Source: Octopus vulgaris | Lineage: Eukaryota | Direction: 5' to 3' | DNA: 64,000 bases | Assembly: GCA_951406725.2 (NCBI GenBank) | Contig: OX597831.1 | Span: 44,392,001 to 44,456,000 of the forward strand | Shown here: positions 53,205 to 64,000 of the stretch, one piece after another | How the letters are laid out: each line of letters opens with the position of its first letter | Position numbering within the stretch: the first letter of the stretch is position 1 | Translations under genes and position numbers: made by a program | The notes under the pieces: generated by a model | Told to the model about the DNA's origin: nothing | What the model saw: the letters and a program-made list of their open reading frames with translations, nothing else | Database searches by the model: none

Positions 53205-53678
53205 GTGCAGGTGGCATTTGTTTCCGTGCAGGTGGCATTTGTTTCCGTGCAGGTGGCACGTAAAAAGCACCCACTACACTCACGGAGTGGTTGGCGTTAG
53301 GAAGGGCATCCAGCTGTAGAAACATTGCCAGATAAGACTGGAGCCTGGTGCAGCCTTCTGGCTTCCCAGATCCCCAGTCGAACCGTCCAACCCATGCTAG
53401 CATGGAGAACGGACGTTAAACGATGATGATGATATATTCATAAAAAGCACTATTTGAGCATGGTCATTGCCAGTACCACCTGACTGGCCCTCATGCCAGT
53501 GGCACATAAAAGCACCCACTACACTCTCGGAGTGGTTGGCGTTAGGAAGGGCATCCAGCTGTAGAAACTCTGCCAGGTCAGATTGGAGTCTGGTGTAGCC
53601 ATCTGGTTCGCCAGACCTCAGTCAAATCGTCCAACCCATGCTAGCATGGAAAGCGGACGTTAAATGATGATGATGATG
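53205..53678 (+). mobile_element. Two tandem RTE-tail-type short elements ending in (GAT)n; related copies 27590-27745, 30095-30378, 41975-42147
   Basis: Shared AGTGGTTGGCGTTAGGAAGGGCATCCAGCTGTAGAAAC...GGACGTTAAACGATGATG; the same tail follows an RTE-like coding remnant at 27107-27360. Confidence 0.65.
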
Positions 53679-53729
53679 TGCTAAAGTCTTGGATTATGTC
53701 TTCAAATTTGTTTCATAGTTAAGGTTGTT

Positions 53730-55473
53730 TAATCCTTTTGTTACCATATTTCTCTTTAAATACACTGCCTTTGTTTCAGTTAATTATGCAACTAGTTAAT
53801 AATTTAGTAAACTGACTTTGTCATTATTAAGCTAGTGTTTGGAACATAAATTCTGAAATTTTAGTGGAAGGTTTTAACTCTTTTGCAATTAAACCAGCAA
53901 TATCCGACCCAAATATTTTACCTGTTTTATGTTCAAACTGGCTAGATCTGGCTTCTCTCACACTTATGCTATAATATCATTGTAAGAATAAACAATCACA
54001 TCATCAAAATCTCAAAGCTATGAGATAATGGTGGAGGCACATGGCTTAGTGGTTAGGGTGTCAGCATCATGATCGTAAGATTGTGGTTTCGATTCCTTGA
54101 CCGGGCGACGCATTGTGTTCTTGAGCAAAACACTTCATTTCACGTTGCTCCAGTCCACTCAGCTGGCAAAAATTGGTAACGCTGCGATGGACTGGCGTCC
54201 CGTCCAGCTGGAGAACACATATGCCATAGAAACCGGGAAACCAGGCCCATGAACCTGGCTAGGCTTTAAAAGAGTGCATTTAATTTAATTAATGAGATAA
54301 TGAATGATTAATCCAAAAGAATGTGGATAAATAAGCATGGTATTTGACAGAATAATCTGAATGTTAAAAGTTTTATTTAGATAACTTAAACAAGTTTGTC
54401 TGACAGAACCAAGGATGATCTCAGCCCAGTTAGTACCAAAATAAATCTATTGAATTACACTTGTTTTGTTTCAATTATTTTATATAAGTTTTTCTCAAAA
54501 TTGCTAAGAGTAAAACATGTTTTATATGACACATTCTACCAGTGTCCAAAGTTTGAAAGTGTTTAGTTACAAAAAATTATTTTTTAAATCTGTCGGTCAA
54601 AAGGTAAAGATCCTTACAATGTTTTAAATTAATTGTACAGCATCTTGTAACTCTGAGATTTTGATGATGATCCTGTTCATTTTTAGAATGACTTTGTAGT
54701 GTAGGTGTGAGAGGTCAGAGCTGGCTGGTTTGAGTATAAAACAGGAAGACAATTTTGGCCTGATATGGCTGTATCAGCTGTATCCAACCCAAATATTCTT
54801 CCCATTATATGCTCAAACTGGCCAGAACCAGCATCTCACACCTACCCTGCAATGTCATTCTAAAAATAAACTATTATGTCTTTCAAATCATGAAGCTACA
54901 AGATAATACCAGATTAATTTTTAAAAACATGAATAAATAAGGATTACTTGGATTACTTTTGACAAAATAATCTGAATGCTAAAGGGTTAAAACAGGGGTT
55001 TGTGTCATAGCACTAGGATGATCTCAGGGCAGGTTGGTATCAAAAGACTTACCCCTTTTGTTGCCATATTTCCATTTAAACCTTTTTCTTTTTAAATGTA
55101 ATGCTTATTCATTTTTTTTTTTTTTTAATTAATCTTGTATTATCTTGTAGCTTCAAGATTTCAAAGTTGTGATTATTTATCTTTTAGAACGGCATTGCAG
55201 GATAAGTATGAGATGCCAGATTTGACTAGTTTGAACATAAAACATATAGAATATTTGGGTCAGATATGGCCAGTTTAAATGCCAAAAGGTTAAACTATGC
55301 TGCCTTTGTTTCAAATAATTTAATAAAATAACTTAGTCATTATTAAGATGATGTTTGAAGCATAAACTAACATGAAAGGTTATTGGAAGGTTTTTAATTC
55401 ACATCACTTTTAAGCTGGAAGTTTATATCATATAGCGAAGGACAGTCTCCAATGGTTTAGTATTAAAAGGGTT
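53730..55473. mobile_element. Cluster of degenerate piggyBac-type MITEs with a nested SINE (54031-54291, TSD ATGAGATAATG)
   Basis: Repeated TTAA-CCCTTT / AAAGGGTTAA-type ends and an internal sequence shared with 34041-34268 and 63410-63640. Confidence 0.6.
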
Positions 55474-55611
55474 ATAGTATAATGCTCAAACATACATCAT
55501 AAACAATATTATTATAGACTGTCATAGTGCTAGTGCATGCATATACAGCTGCATGCGTGCGTGCACACATACACGCGAGTACTGTCCAAATCTCCGACCA
55601 ATCACATACAG

Positions 55612-55868
55612 CTAGCTGGCATTCAATTGGCATATCAAGTTTCGGGCATTTGGATTTGGATTTGGATAGGAAATTCACAAAAATGTCACTTCTATTGATT
55701 TTTTAATGGCTTTGCGGGGTGAGTGGGGAAATGTAAAGATGTGCACAACCACTCTTGGATGGTTTTGAATGACCATAGAAAGTGCGAGCCCTCTAACTGA
55801 AAAATTGTGGATTTGTATAAAGGATACACACACACACACACAGACATTTTGCCGTTTGTATATATAGA
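55612..55868 (-). mobile_element. Short Helitron-like element in ISCA1 intron 1
   Basis: Reverse strand starts A|TCTATATATACAAACGG and ends ...GCCAGCTAG. Confidence 0.55.
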
Positions 55869-55906
55869 TATTAGGTTCTACACACATTCATTGGTTTCTT
55901 CTTCAG

Positions 55907-55960
55907 ACACCAGCTGCTGTAAAGAAAATCAAGGAAATTATGTCTGGGAAACCTGATATG
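55907..55960 (+). CDS. ISCA1: ISCA1 coding exon 2: TPAAVKKIKEIMSGKPDM
   Basis: Pyrimidine tract + CAG acceptor (AG 55905-6), 54 nt, donor GTAAGT at 55961; phase 0/0. Confidence 0.92.
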
Positions 55961-57842
55961 GTAAGTTGACATTCTTTGGTTATTATCTTATTTTGTCATG
56001 CCCAGGAGGAGGAAAAGAAAATTTGACTCCAGTGAGATTTGAACTCCCAATGTAATGGGACACAGCTAAATACTGCAAGGCATTTTGTTCGTTGCTCTAT
56101 CAACACTCCCATTCCATCATGCATCTTAATATTGGTTTCAAATTTTGGCACAAGGCCAGCAATTTTGTGGGAGAATATAAGTTGATTACATCAACCCCAG
56201 TGCTTAACTGGTACTTAATTTATCAACCCCAAAAGGACGAAAAGCAAAGTCAACCTCAGTGGAATTTGAACTCAGAACATGAAGCTGGACAAAATGCCAC
56301 TAAGCCTTTTGCCCAGTGTTCTAACAATTCTGCTAGCTCACTGCCTTATTGAGATATTCTTTTATTTGTTTCAGTCATTTGACTGCAGCCATGCTGGAGC
56401 ACCTCCTTTAGTCGAACAAATCGACGTCAGGTCTTATTCTTTGTAGGCCTAGTACTTATTCTATCGGTCTCTTTTGGTATGTTACAGGGAATTAAACATA
56501 CCAGCATTAGTTGGTTGTCAAGCGATGGTGGTGGGGGACAAATACAGACACATCCTTTTCTATTGAACTTCCCTCTGTTTCTGAAGAAGAGCTTTGCTCA
56601 AAATGTTAAACCATCTTTCTTCCTTTCCCTGAGCATCTGCTAATACTTTACATATACCACGTTCTTGCGTTGTTGCTTTTTTTTTTTGTGTTTGTTCTTC
56701 GTTTTTTGAGATTTACTATATATATATATATGGGAAAAAATAAGTTCAAAAGAGAACGATTAAAACTTTTTGAGAGACCCAAAAAGAGAGAGAGAGAATG
56801 ATCTCTAATAAAGATTCATCATATTCATAAAAAATAGCCAGAGCAAGTAATAAGAATATGAATATTATAGTTGAAAAATATTGTTATAGGTATAAAAATA
56901 CTATAAATAATTATAGAAAAATGGAGGAGAAAAAGATGTTGAATCGAAATTAGATTTAATGCAAAATAGGATTCAATACATATGCACGTTTCAAAGAACA
57001 TTACAAATATGTAAGAAAAAAATTATAACCATAGTAATTATAATTAAATTTACGCATTGTCATTTTCATCTGTGTGAAGAATTTTTGTAAGAACATCAAA
57101 AAAGGTTTAATAAAATAAGATACAATAAGGGAGAATATAAGTGGGGTAAAAAATTGGATATTTGCAAGCAAGTTTTAAAAGGGGAAGAAATAACAGTAAT
57201 AATATTAGTAAGTTTCATGGACATAAACACACCAACACCAGATGAAAGAACAAACACAGACACAAAGACACACATAGATATATATATATATAGACACACA
57301 CACACACATAGATATATATATATATATAGACACACACACACACATAGATATATATATACATACACACATACATATATATAATCCCCTCCAAAAAAAAAAA
57401 CGAAGAAAACAATGCGAGGACATGATCCATGCAAAGTATTAAAAGATGCTTAGGGAAGGAAAGAAAGGTTTTTAACATTTTGAGCAAAGCTGTTCTTCAG
57501 AAACAGGAGACAGAGGAAAGTCCAAGAGAAAAGGAAGACAGAAGGAAAAAAATCGCCAACAATCCACATGTAGTTACATTTATACACACACACACACACA
57601 CACGCAAAGGGGTTTCTTTCAGTTTCCGTCTACCAAATCCACTCACAAGGTTTTGGTCGGCCTGAGGCTATAGTAGAAGACACTTGCCTAAGGTGCCACA
57701 CAGTGGGACTGAACCCGGAACCATGTGGTTGGGAAGCAAGCTTCTTACCACACAGTCACACCTGTGCATAAGAATAAGAACTTTTTTTTTTTTATGTCAA
57801 TATTCTTTCATTGAACATTCTTATTGTTTTTATTATTGACAG

Positions 57843-57948
57843 ATTGCCTTGAGAATTGGTGTGAAAACGCGGGGTTGCAATGGACTTAGCTACACTCTTG
57901 ACTATTCAAACCAAAAGGGAAAATTTGATGAAGTTATCGAGCAAGATG
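57843..57948 (+). CDS. ISCA1: ISCA1 coding exon 3: IALRIGVKTRGCNGLSYTLDYSNQKGKFDEVIEQD(G)
   Basis: AG at 57841-2, 106 nt, donor GTGAGT at 57949; HesB/IscA motif GVKTRGCNGLSY with the first conserved Cys. Confidence 0.96.
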
Positions 57949-58305
57949 GTGAGTTCAATTCCTCCTTATTTCCTACTTCTCTCGGTTTTATTTCTTGTTT
58001 TCTTTATTTTCTCCAAAGTATTTTGATCTGATCATTTACTTAGGACTTCATTCTGGTCATGTACTTAGTACGCATTTATCAAGAACTTCATTGTCATATG
58101 TGTTCTCGCCTTTTTAAAACCGTAAACTATGAATTGAGGGAGATTTTGCTGCTATTTTTTGTCATTACTCATGACTTAGCTTGCTTACCAACCACATGGT
58201 TCCAGGTTCAGTCCCAATGCATGGCACCTTGGGCAACTGTCTTCTACAGCCTCAGGCCAACCAAAGCCTTGTGAGAAGCCTGTTGTGTATATATATATAT
58301 ATATA

Positions 58306-59326
58306 TCTATATATATAAAACTCTAGTTGTGTGAGTGTCTGTCCCCTTCGATTTAGATTCCTAACTCCTCCCACATTTTGCGGTGCAGTTTAACCAAATT
58401 CGGGTATCTTATAGTCGTGATTCATATCGAGACCGTCTGACTATTAGCGCGAATCAACGATGAGTCTACGATTTTAAAAATAATTTAACATCATTTTTTA
58501 TTCCATTTTAATGCATAAAATGCATCGTGTGTCGATGGCGGCGGAGTTGGCGTCCACGCTCAAAGCTGCACCTGTTTGCTTCTCCCCCTTCCCTCCCTCG
58601 TGAAGCTGTGGGGAAGGGAGTGTAAAGAAATCAACGTCATAATGCGTTGTGAAGGAAACCAGCGTTCTTTTAGAACAACGACTTCATGGCTTGAAGACAC
58701 CAAAACAAAAATGGCTAAGAAAGCCCGAATTTATAAGGGAAGTAACTCTCTAAAAATGCTTATATAGTTATTTCCCTTACAAACCCGAGCAACGCCGGGC
58801 GATACTGCTAGTATATATATAAAACTGTAGTTGTGTGAGTGTCTGTCTCCTACGATTTAGATTCCTAACTCCTCCCACATTTTGCGGTGCAGTTTAACCA
58901 AATTCGAGTATCTTATAGTCGTGATTAATATCGAGCCCGTCTGGCTATTAGCGCGCGTCTACGATGAGTCTACGATTTTAAAAATAATTTAACATCATTT
59001 TTTATTCCATTTTAATGCATAATTTTTCGTGTGTCGATGGCGGCGGAGTTGGCGTCCACGCTCAAACACCTGCACCTGTGTTTGCTTCTCCCCCTTCTTC
59101 CCTCCCTCGTGAAGCTGTGGGGAAGGGAGTTTAAGGAAATCAACGTCGTAATGCGTTGTCAAGGAGACCAGCGTTCTTTTAGAACAATGACTTCATGGCT
59201 TGAAGACAACAAAACAGAAATGGCTAAGAAAGCCCGAATTAGCATCTATAAAGGAAGTAACTCTCTAAAAATGCTTATATAGTTATTTCCCTTACAAACC
59301 CGAGCAACGCCGGGCGATACTGCTAG
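58306..59326 (+). mobile_element. Two head-to-tail non-autonomous Helitrons (58306-58811, 58812-59326) in ISCA1 intron 3
   Basis: TC start; both copies end in hairpin + CTAG; two ~510-bp homologous units. Confidence 0.88.
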
Positions 59327-59417
59327 TATATATATAAATTAGAAAAAAAAACCCACCTTTTATCAATTCAACAATGAAAAAATTTAATTATACAATATAG
59401 AAAAAAATTACATTAAA

Positions 59418-60402
59418 TAATAATAATAATAATAATAATAATTGTGTACAGTGCTCAGGTGCACTACAACTCATCTAAAGTGTATATATAATCAGGTGTA
59501 GTTTCGACGGATTTCGGGAAGCATGAGGGCCTTAAAGGATGCAGTGTCATGGCAGTCAACAACTGATGCAGGCAGTTTATTCCACGCTTCAGCAACCCTG
59601 AGCGTGAAAAAATGTTTCCGAAAGTCATGGGAGCTGTGCTGTTTTCTGACTTTGTAGGCATGTCCACGTGTGTTAGACACATGGAGATCAAAAAGGTGTT
59701 CAGTGTTGTTGTTGGTGAGGTGGTTGATAACCTTGTGGGTGTTTACCAAGTCCGTCGCTAGACGCCGGAACTTCAGTGAATCCATGCCCAGGGAAACAAG
59801 GCGCTCAGAATATGGTAGGTGTCTGATGGAGGGTATGCGTTTGGTTGCACATCTCTGGACAGATTCCAGGAGGTCAATGTTCTGAGCAAGATAGGGATTC
59901 CAAACTGATGATGCAAATTCCAAGTGTGGTCGTACCATAGCTGTATACAGTTTTAAATAGATGGCTGGAGAGCGGCTAACAAAAGTCTTGCTGAGTGATG
60001 CCAAGACACCCTCGGCCTTCTTGACAATTTTAGAGATATGCTTTGTCCAACGCAAATCACTGCTGACAGTGATGCCTAGGTCACGCTCGCAAGAGGATTT
60101 CTTGATATCAGTGTTGTGGAGGGAGTATGTGGATGCAGGGTTTTTTCTCCCAAAATGCATGGTGATACACTTGTCCACAGCCAGTTTCAGTTGCCAGTCT
60201 GTGATCCATTGCTGCATTGTGTCTAGGTCTGATTGCAGGAAAGAGTTGTAGACATCAGGATCAGTCCTCTTGATTTCAAGGTACAGCTTGATGTCGTCTG
60301 CATATTTCAATACTGTGGCATTCTTTAAATTGGCATCTATGTCATTAATGTATGCCACAAACAGGAGGGGACCAAGGACAGATCCCTGTGGTACACCCGA
60401 TG
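59418..60402 (-). mobile_element. 5'-truncated CR1-clade LINE (RT C-terminal ORF 59492-60358) in ISCA1 intron 3
   Basis: GVPQGSVLGPLLF, YADDIKL, ERDLG, VRPHLEF, FFTLRV..AWN.LP; (ATT)n tail. Confidence 0.93.
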
Positions 60403-60514
60403 ACCTAAAGAAAAAATTAAATATAAGATAAAAACATATACCAATGATTAATTAATGTACAAAATAATAAATAAAACGTATATATTTGGTAAAAATGACT
60501 ACACGTGTTAATAT

Positions 60515-60556
<42 letters not shown>

Positions 60557-61001
60557 AAAGTGGACGTTAAACGATGATGATATATATATATATATGTATG
60601 TGTGTTACTCTCTCCTTGTTTGGACATCTTCCAAAATGTTTGGTCTTGTGGAAATATTACCTAACCTGGTAATAAGTGGGGTTGGTGACAGGAAGGGCAT
60701 CCAGCCATTGAAAATCTGCCTCAGCAAATGTCTGTCCGACAACATGCAAGCATGGAAAATTGTGAATGCATAAATAAATAGAAATATGAACTCTTATCCA
60801 TATTTATTTGTTATCGCTGTGAAACTTGCCCAGCATCTTAACTTTATAACCATTAAACTTCTAATTTATCAATCTAAAATAAAAATTGTTGCTGCTGCTG
60901 CTGTTGTTTTTTTTTTTTGTTTGTTTTCATTTTTTTTTTTACAAACTAAGTTGGGTGGTTTTTTTTTTTTTATTTTTAATTTTCAATTTTGTTATTTGCA
61001 G

Positions 61002-61150
61002 GAGTGAAAATCTTCATGGACACCAAAGCTCAATTAACACTTTTAGGCACAGAAATGGACTATGTTGAAAGCAAACTTTCTTCGGAATTTATATTTAATA
61101 ATCCCAATGTAAAAGGAACATGTGGTTGTGGAGAAAGTTTTAATGTATAA
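61002..61150 (+). CDS. ISCA1: ISCA1 coding exon 4: (G)VKIFMDTKAQLTLLGTEMDYVESKLSSEFIFNNPNVKGTCGCGESFNV*
   Basis: TTTGCAG acceptor, phase-1 join, C-terminal CGCGESF signature, TAA 61148-50; spliced CDS 87+54+106+149=396 nt = 131 aa. Confidence 0.97.
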
Positions 61151-61532
61151 CAAACTAAGGACACCTAACGCCATGTTTTCTTTTTCTTTCTTTCTTTTTC
61201 TCTCTCTCTGAAGCTTAGAACTGTATTTCTCCCGATATAATTTTGCAGTAACTGCAAGTGAAACTCATATGTATTCTGGAGAAGTCTGCCCTATATCTCT
61301 GCAATTTTTCCGTTGGCTGCTCTGAAAAGAAGTCCATTTTATTAAGAATTATTTTTTGAACTCAAAGAAAAAAAAAGAAAAACTATTGATAATGCCTGGC
61401 CCACTTCCCTATGAAGTATTATACATGTATATATATATGCATATATAAAACTGGAAACATCTGTTTCTTAATTTTATATTTCTTTACTGTGTAAATAGAT
61501 GTGTACATATCAGATACTGCTTTTACACTGTT

Positions 61533-61538
61533 AATAAA
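61533..61538 (+). terminator. Probable ISCA1 polyadenylation signal
   Basis: AATAAA ~380 nt after the stop codon. Confidence 0.5.
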
Positions 61539-63084
61539 AAGTAAACTAATTTTTCAATCAGCAATAACACCTTCTATACATGTGTGCATATGATGTATGT
61601 TTCGTACAACGTTATCAGAGAATGAGTATGCAATATACTCTTGCAGTGTAGTTGCGTCGAATATGATGTACAGCTGCGATCAGTTCAATATTAAAGCTGG
61701 CAAAATGAATCTTCAGTATTTTATGGATTTGAAATCCCTACAATATGCATGCCTGCATCTAATGTTTGTAACTTCAAATAGAAAAGCAAATTTTACAAAA
61801 CTATGCATTGACCTCCCTTGCTTCTTCACACAAAACTTTATAAAAGTTTTAATTTGTTATTTCTTTTTGTTTCTCTTTCTCTAGAAAGTTCCTTTTATGC
61901 TGAGCCCAAACCCCTGCTTTTTATCTTTAAAATAATTTATCTCTTTTATAGGTACAATGCCAATATTTTTCCTCTTTTTTTTTTCTTTCTTGTGTGTATG
62001 TTAGACGTTTAAAGTCTCTGATTTCACCAACACGACCATCCTCCCTGATATATTACAGGTACTTGGTTTATCATTGGCTAAAAAGGCAAAAATAAACTAC
62101 AAAGTTAAGTCTAATGGGATTTGAACTGGAAACAAATGGCTAAAATCGAAAATTGTAATGCTTTTATTTCTCTTTTTGTCTTTTTTGCATACAGATCTAC
62201 CTCCCCCACACGTCATAAATAGCAAAGACTTTATCTTTTTGAAGTTTTAAGTTATGAAATACACATCTCTATTAAGTATCTTAATTACTTCATGATGTAC
62301 AGCCTTCCTCTAGGATTATCTTGGCAGGGAGAAGTGGGTGAACACTAATGAGTTGTTAAGTAGTGTAACTAAAACCAGTCATTTCAATCATCATCTCATG
62401 TTACCCTAAAGGCCCTCACAGGGGCCTAATTTAACAATGAGACTATGGATATGACTATTTATTTATATTTTTGATGAGTTATTAATGATAATAATAGCTT
62501 ATGAAATAACTTTCTACTGTCCACATGCACTTTTGATTTTTTTAAATCTTTTTCTTTTGTGTGTGTAAAACAATCTCAAACTGATTTGCTTTCTGTTCAT
62601 TTGCACTATTCACTTGCATGTGCTCAGGCCGGGATGGAACCACCAACCTTCACTTCTTGATGTACGTATCAAAACGATCCTATCCATAAACTATACCACC
62701 ACCATCAGTTTCGGTCTACTGTGGCTGGCATAATCAAAAATTAGTTAAAGTATTTAAAAACCTTACTTTAATTATTCTGTAATCAATGGCTCACTGAGAC
62801 ATTGGCCCTGGTGGATACGAACATCGGTAAAACTAAATTAAATAAAGGTTAGCAAGTTCATTGCACCTAATAATGAACAAAGAAGCTATTTCAAACAAAT
62901 GTTTTACAATACAAAAGAAAAAAAATATCAGAATTAATCATATGAAGTCATTCCATCCACATGAAAAGTACTGATCATAGTTAAGTTTGTTTGTTTTTTG
63001 GTTTTTTCACAATAGAACATCACTTTGGTTTTCAAAGTTGCAAGGAGGTGTTTGGGAGTTTATCCCCATTATGATTTTATATGC

Positions 63085-63137
<53 letters not shown>

Positions 63138-63667
63138 TATAATTAAACCGTATGTGATATATTTCTTTCTTACACTGGACATTTATATTATTTTTTTTTT
63201 AACTGTTGTATAGTACTTTTTTTAGTTTCAAATTCCTTTTTATTTTTTTTAAATGTCATAACTAATCAAGCTTATTGGCAAGGTAGACTTTGATATGAAA
63301 CAATGGAGATTCTTTTATTTAATTTCCTTGTCAAGAATTTATGTGGTGTAATTTTAGTAGAATAAATTTACAGTAAAACTCAACTGGATTTGATTTTATT
63401 TTTAATGTTATGAACCTTTTCGCATTTAAACTGGCCATATCCAGCCCAAATGTTCTACTTGTTTTATGTTTAAAGTGGTCAGATCCAGCTTCTTAAACCT
63501 ACCCTACAATGTCATTCCAAAAATGAACAATCACACTCTCAAAATCTTAAAGGCATGAGATAATGCATGATTAATTCAAAGCAGTGTGAATAAATAAGCA
63601 TTACATTTTGACAGATTAAACCAAATGCTAAAGGATTAAAGTCTGGAACTTTGGTATATAAAGCTGA

Positions 63668-64000
63668 TTAGGTTGGGTCGAAAGCTGTTTTGACCTCATG
63701 GGCCCAATCAGCCAAGAATCTGGTTTTTCCAGATTTTTTGAAAATGGCCTGTTGCCCCCACCCAAGTGTCACCTGTGCCTGGAACCAGGCCACATTAAAA
63801 AGAACTGTCCGCAGGACCAGAGTAGGGTCCTGGAACAGTTGGTTGTAGAAGAGACCTCCTCGGAAAAAAAGGAAAAAGGGGAGCAATAATGGTTGCTCAC
63901 CAAAGGCCCCTAAAGCTGTGGGAGGGAGGGATGATCCCCTGGTTAAAGTAGAGGAACCAGCCCCTCCCGTATCAAAGACAAGAAAAAGAATGGGACAGTG
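63668..64000 (+). mobile_element. Retroelement ORF1/gag fragment running off the window end
   Basis: CCHC knuckle CHLCLEPGHIKKNC followed by a Lys/Glu-rich segment. Confidence 0.6.

Overview
AT-rich, repeat-dense eukaryotic DNA with one 100-N gap (4533-4632). The SINE, microsatellite and Penelope landscape suggests an octopus (cephalopod) genome; this is inference only. Two spliced nuclear genes for mitochondrial assembly factors can be rebuilt by eye and lie head-to-head with ATGs ~836 bp apart: PET100 (minus, 4 coding exons 49453->30814, 76 aa) and ISCA1 (plus, 4 coding exons 50290->61150, 131 aa). Nearly all other ORFs in the track are microsatellite or transposon read-throughs. The rest is nested mobile DNA: several tRNA-derived SINE families with exchangeable heads and tails, R4/Dong-like, RTE, CR1 and Tx1/L1-type LINE pieces, Helitrons, Tc1/mariner relics, hAT/piggyBac/pogo-like MITEs, Penelope-like remnants and a 5S rRNA pseudogene. 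The most notable signal is a set of type I hammerhead-ribozyme motifs in short inverted or permuted repeats. One (38100-38176) has a fully canonical core and sits in a 496-bp non-coding unit whose inverted copy reads across its own end-to-start junction, as expected of a retrozyme or Penelope pseudo-LTR template. Also notable are an ORF1-only (HAL1-like) retroelement inserted in a SINE head and an RTE copy with a twin-priming-type 5' inversion. Repeat boundaries are approximate unless defined by TSDs/TIRs; no database searches were run.
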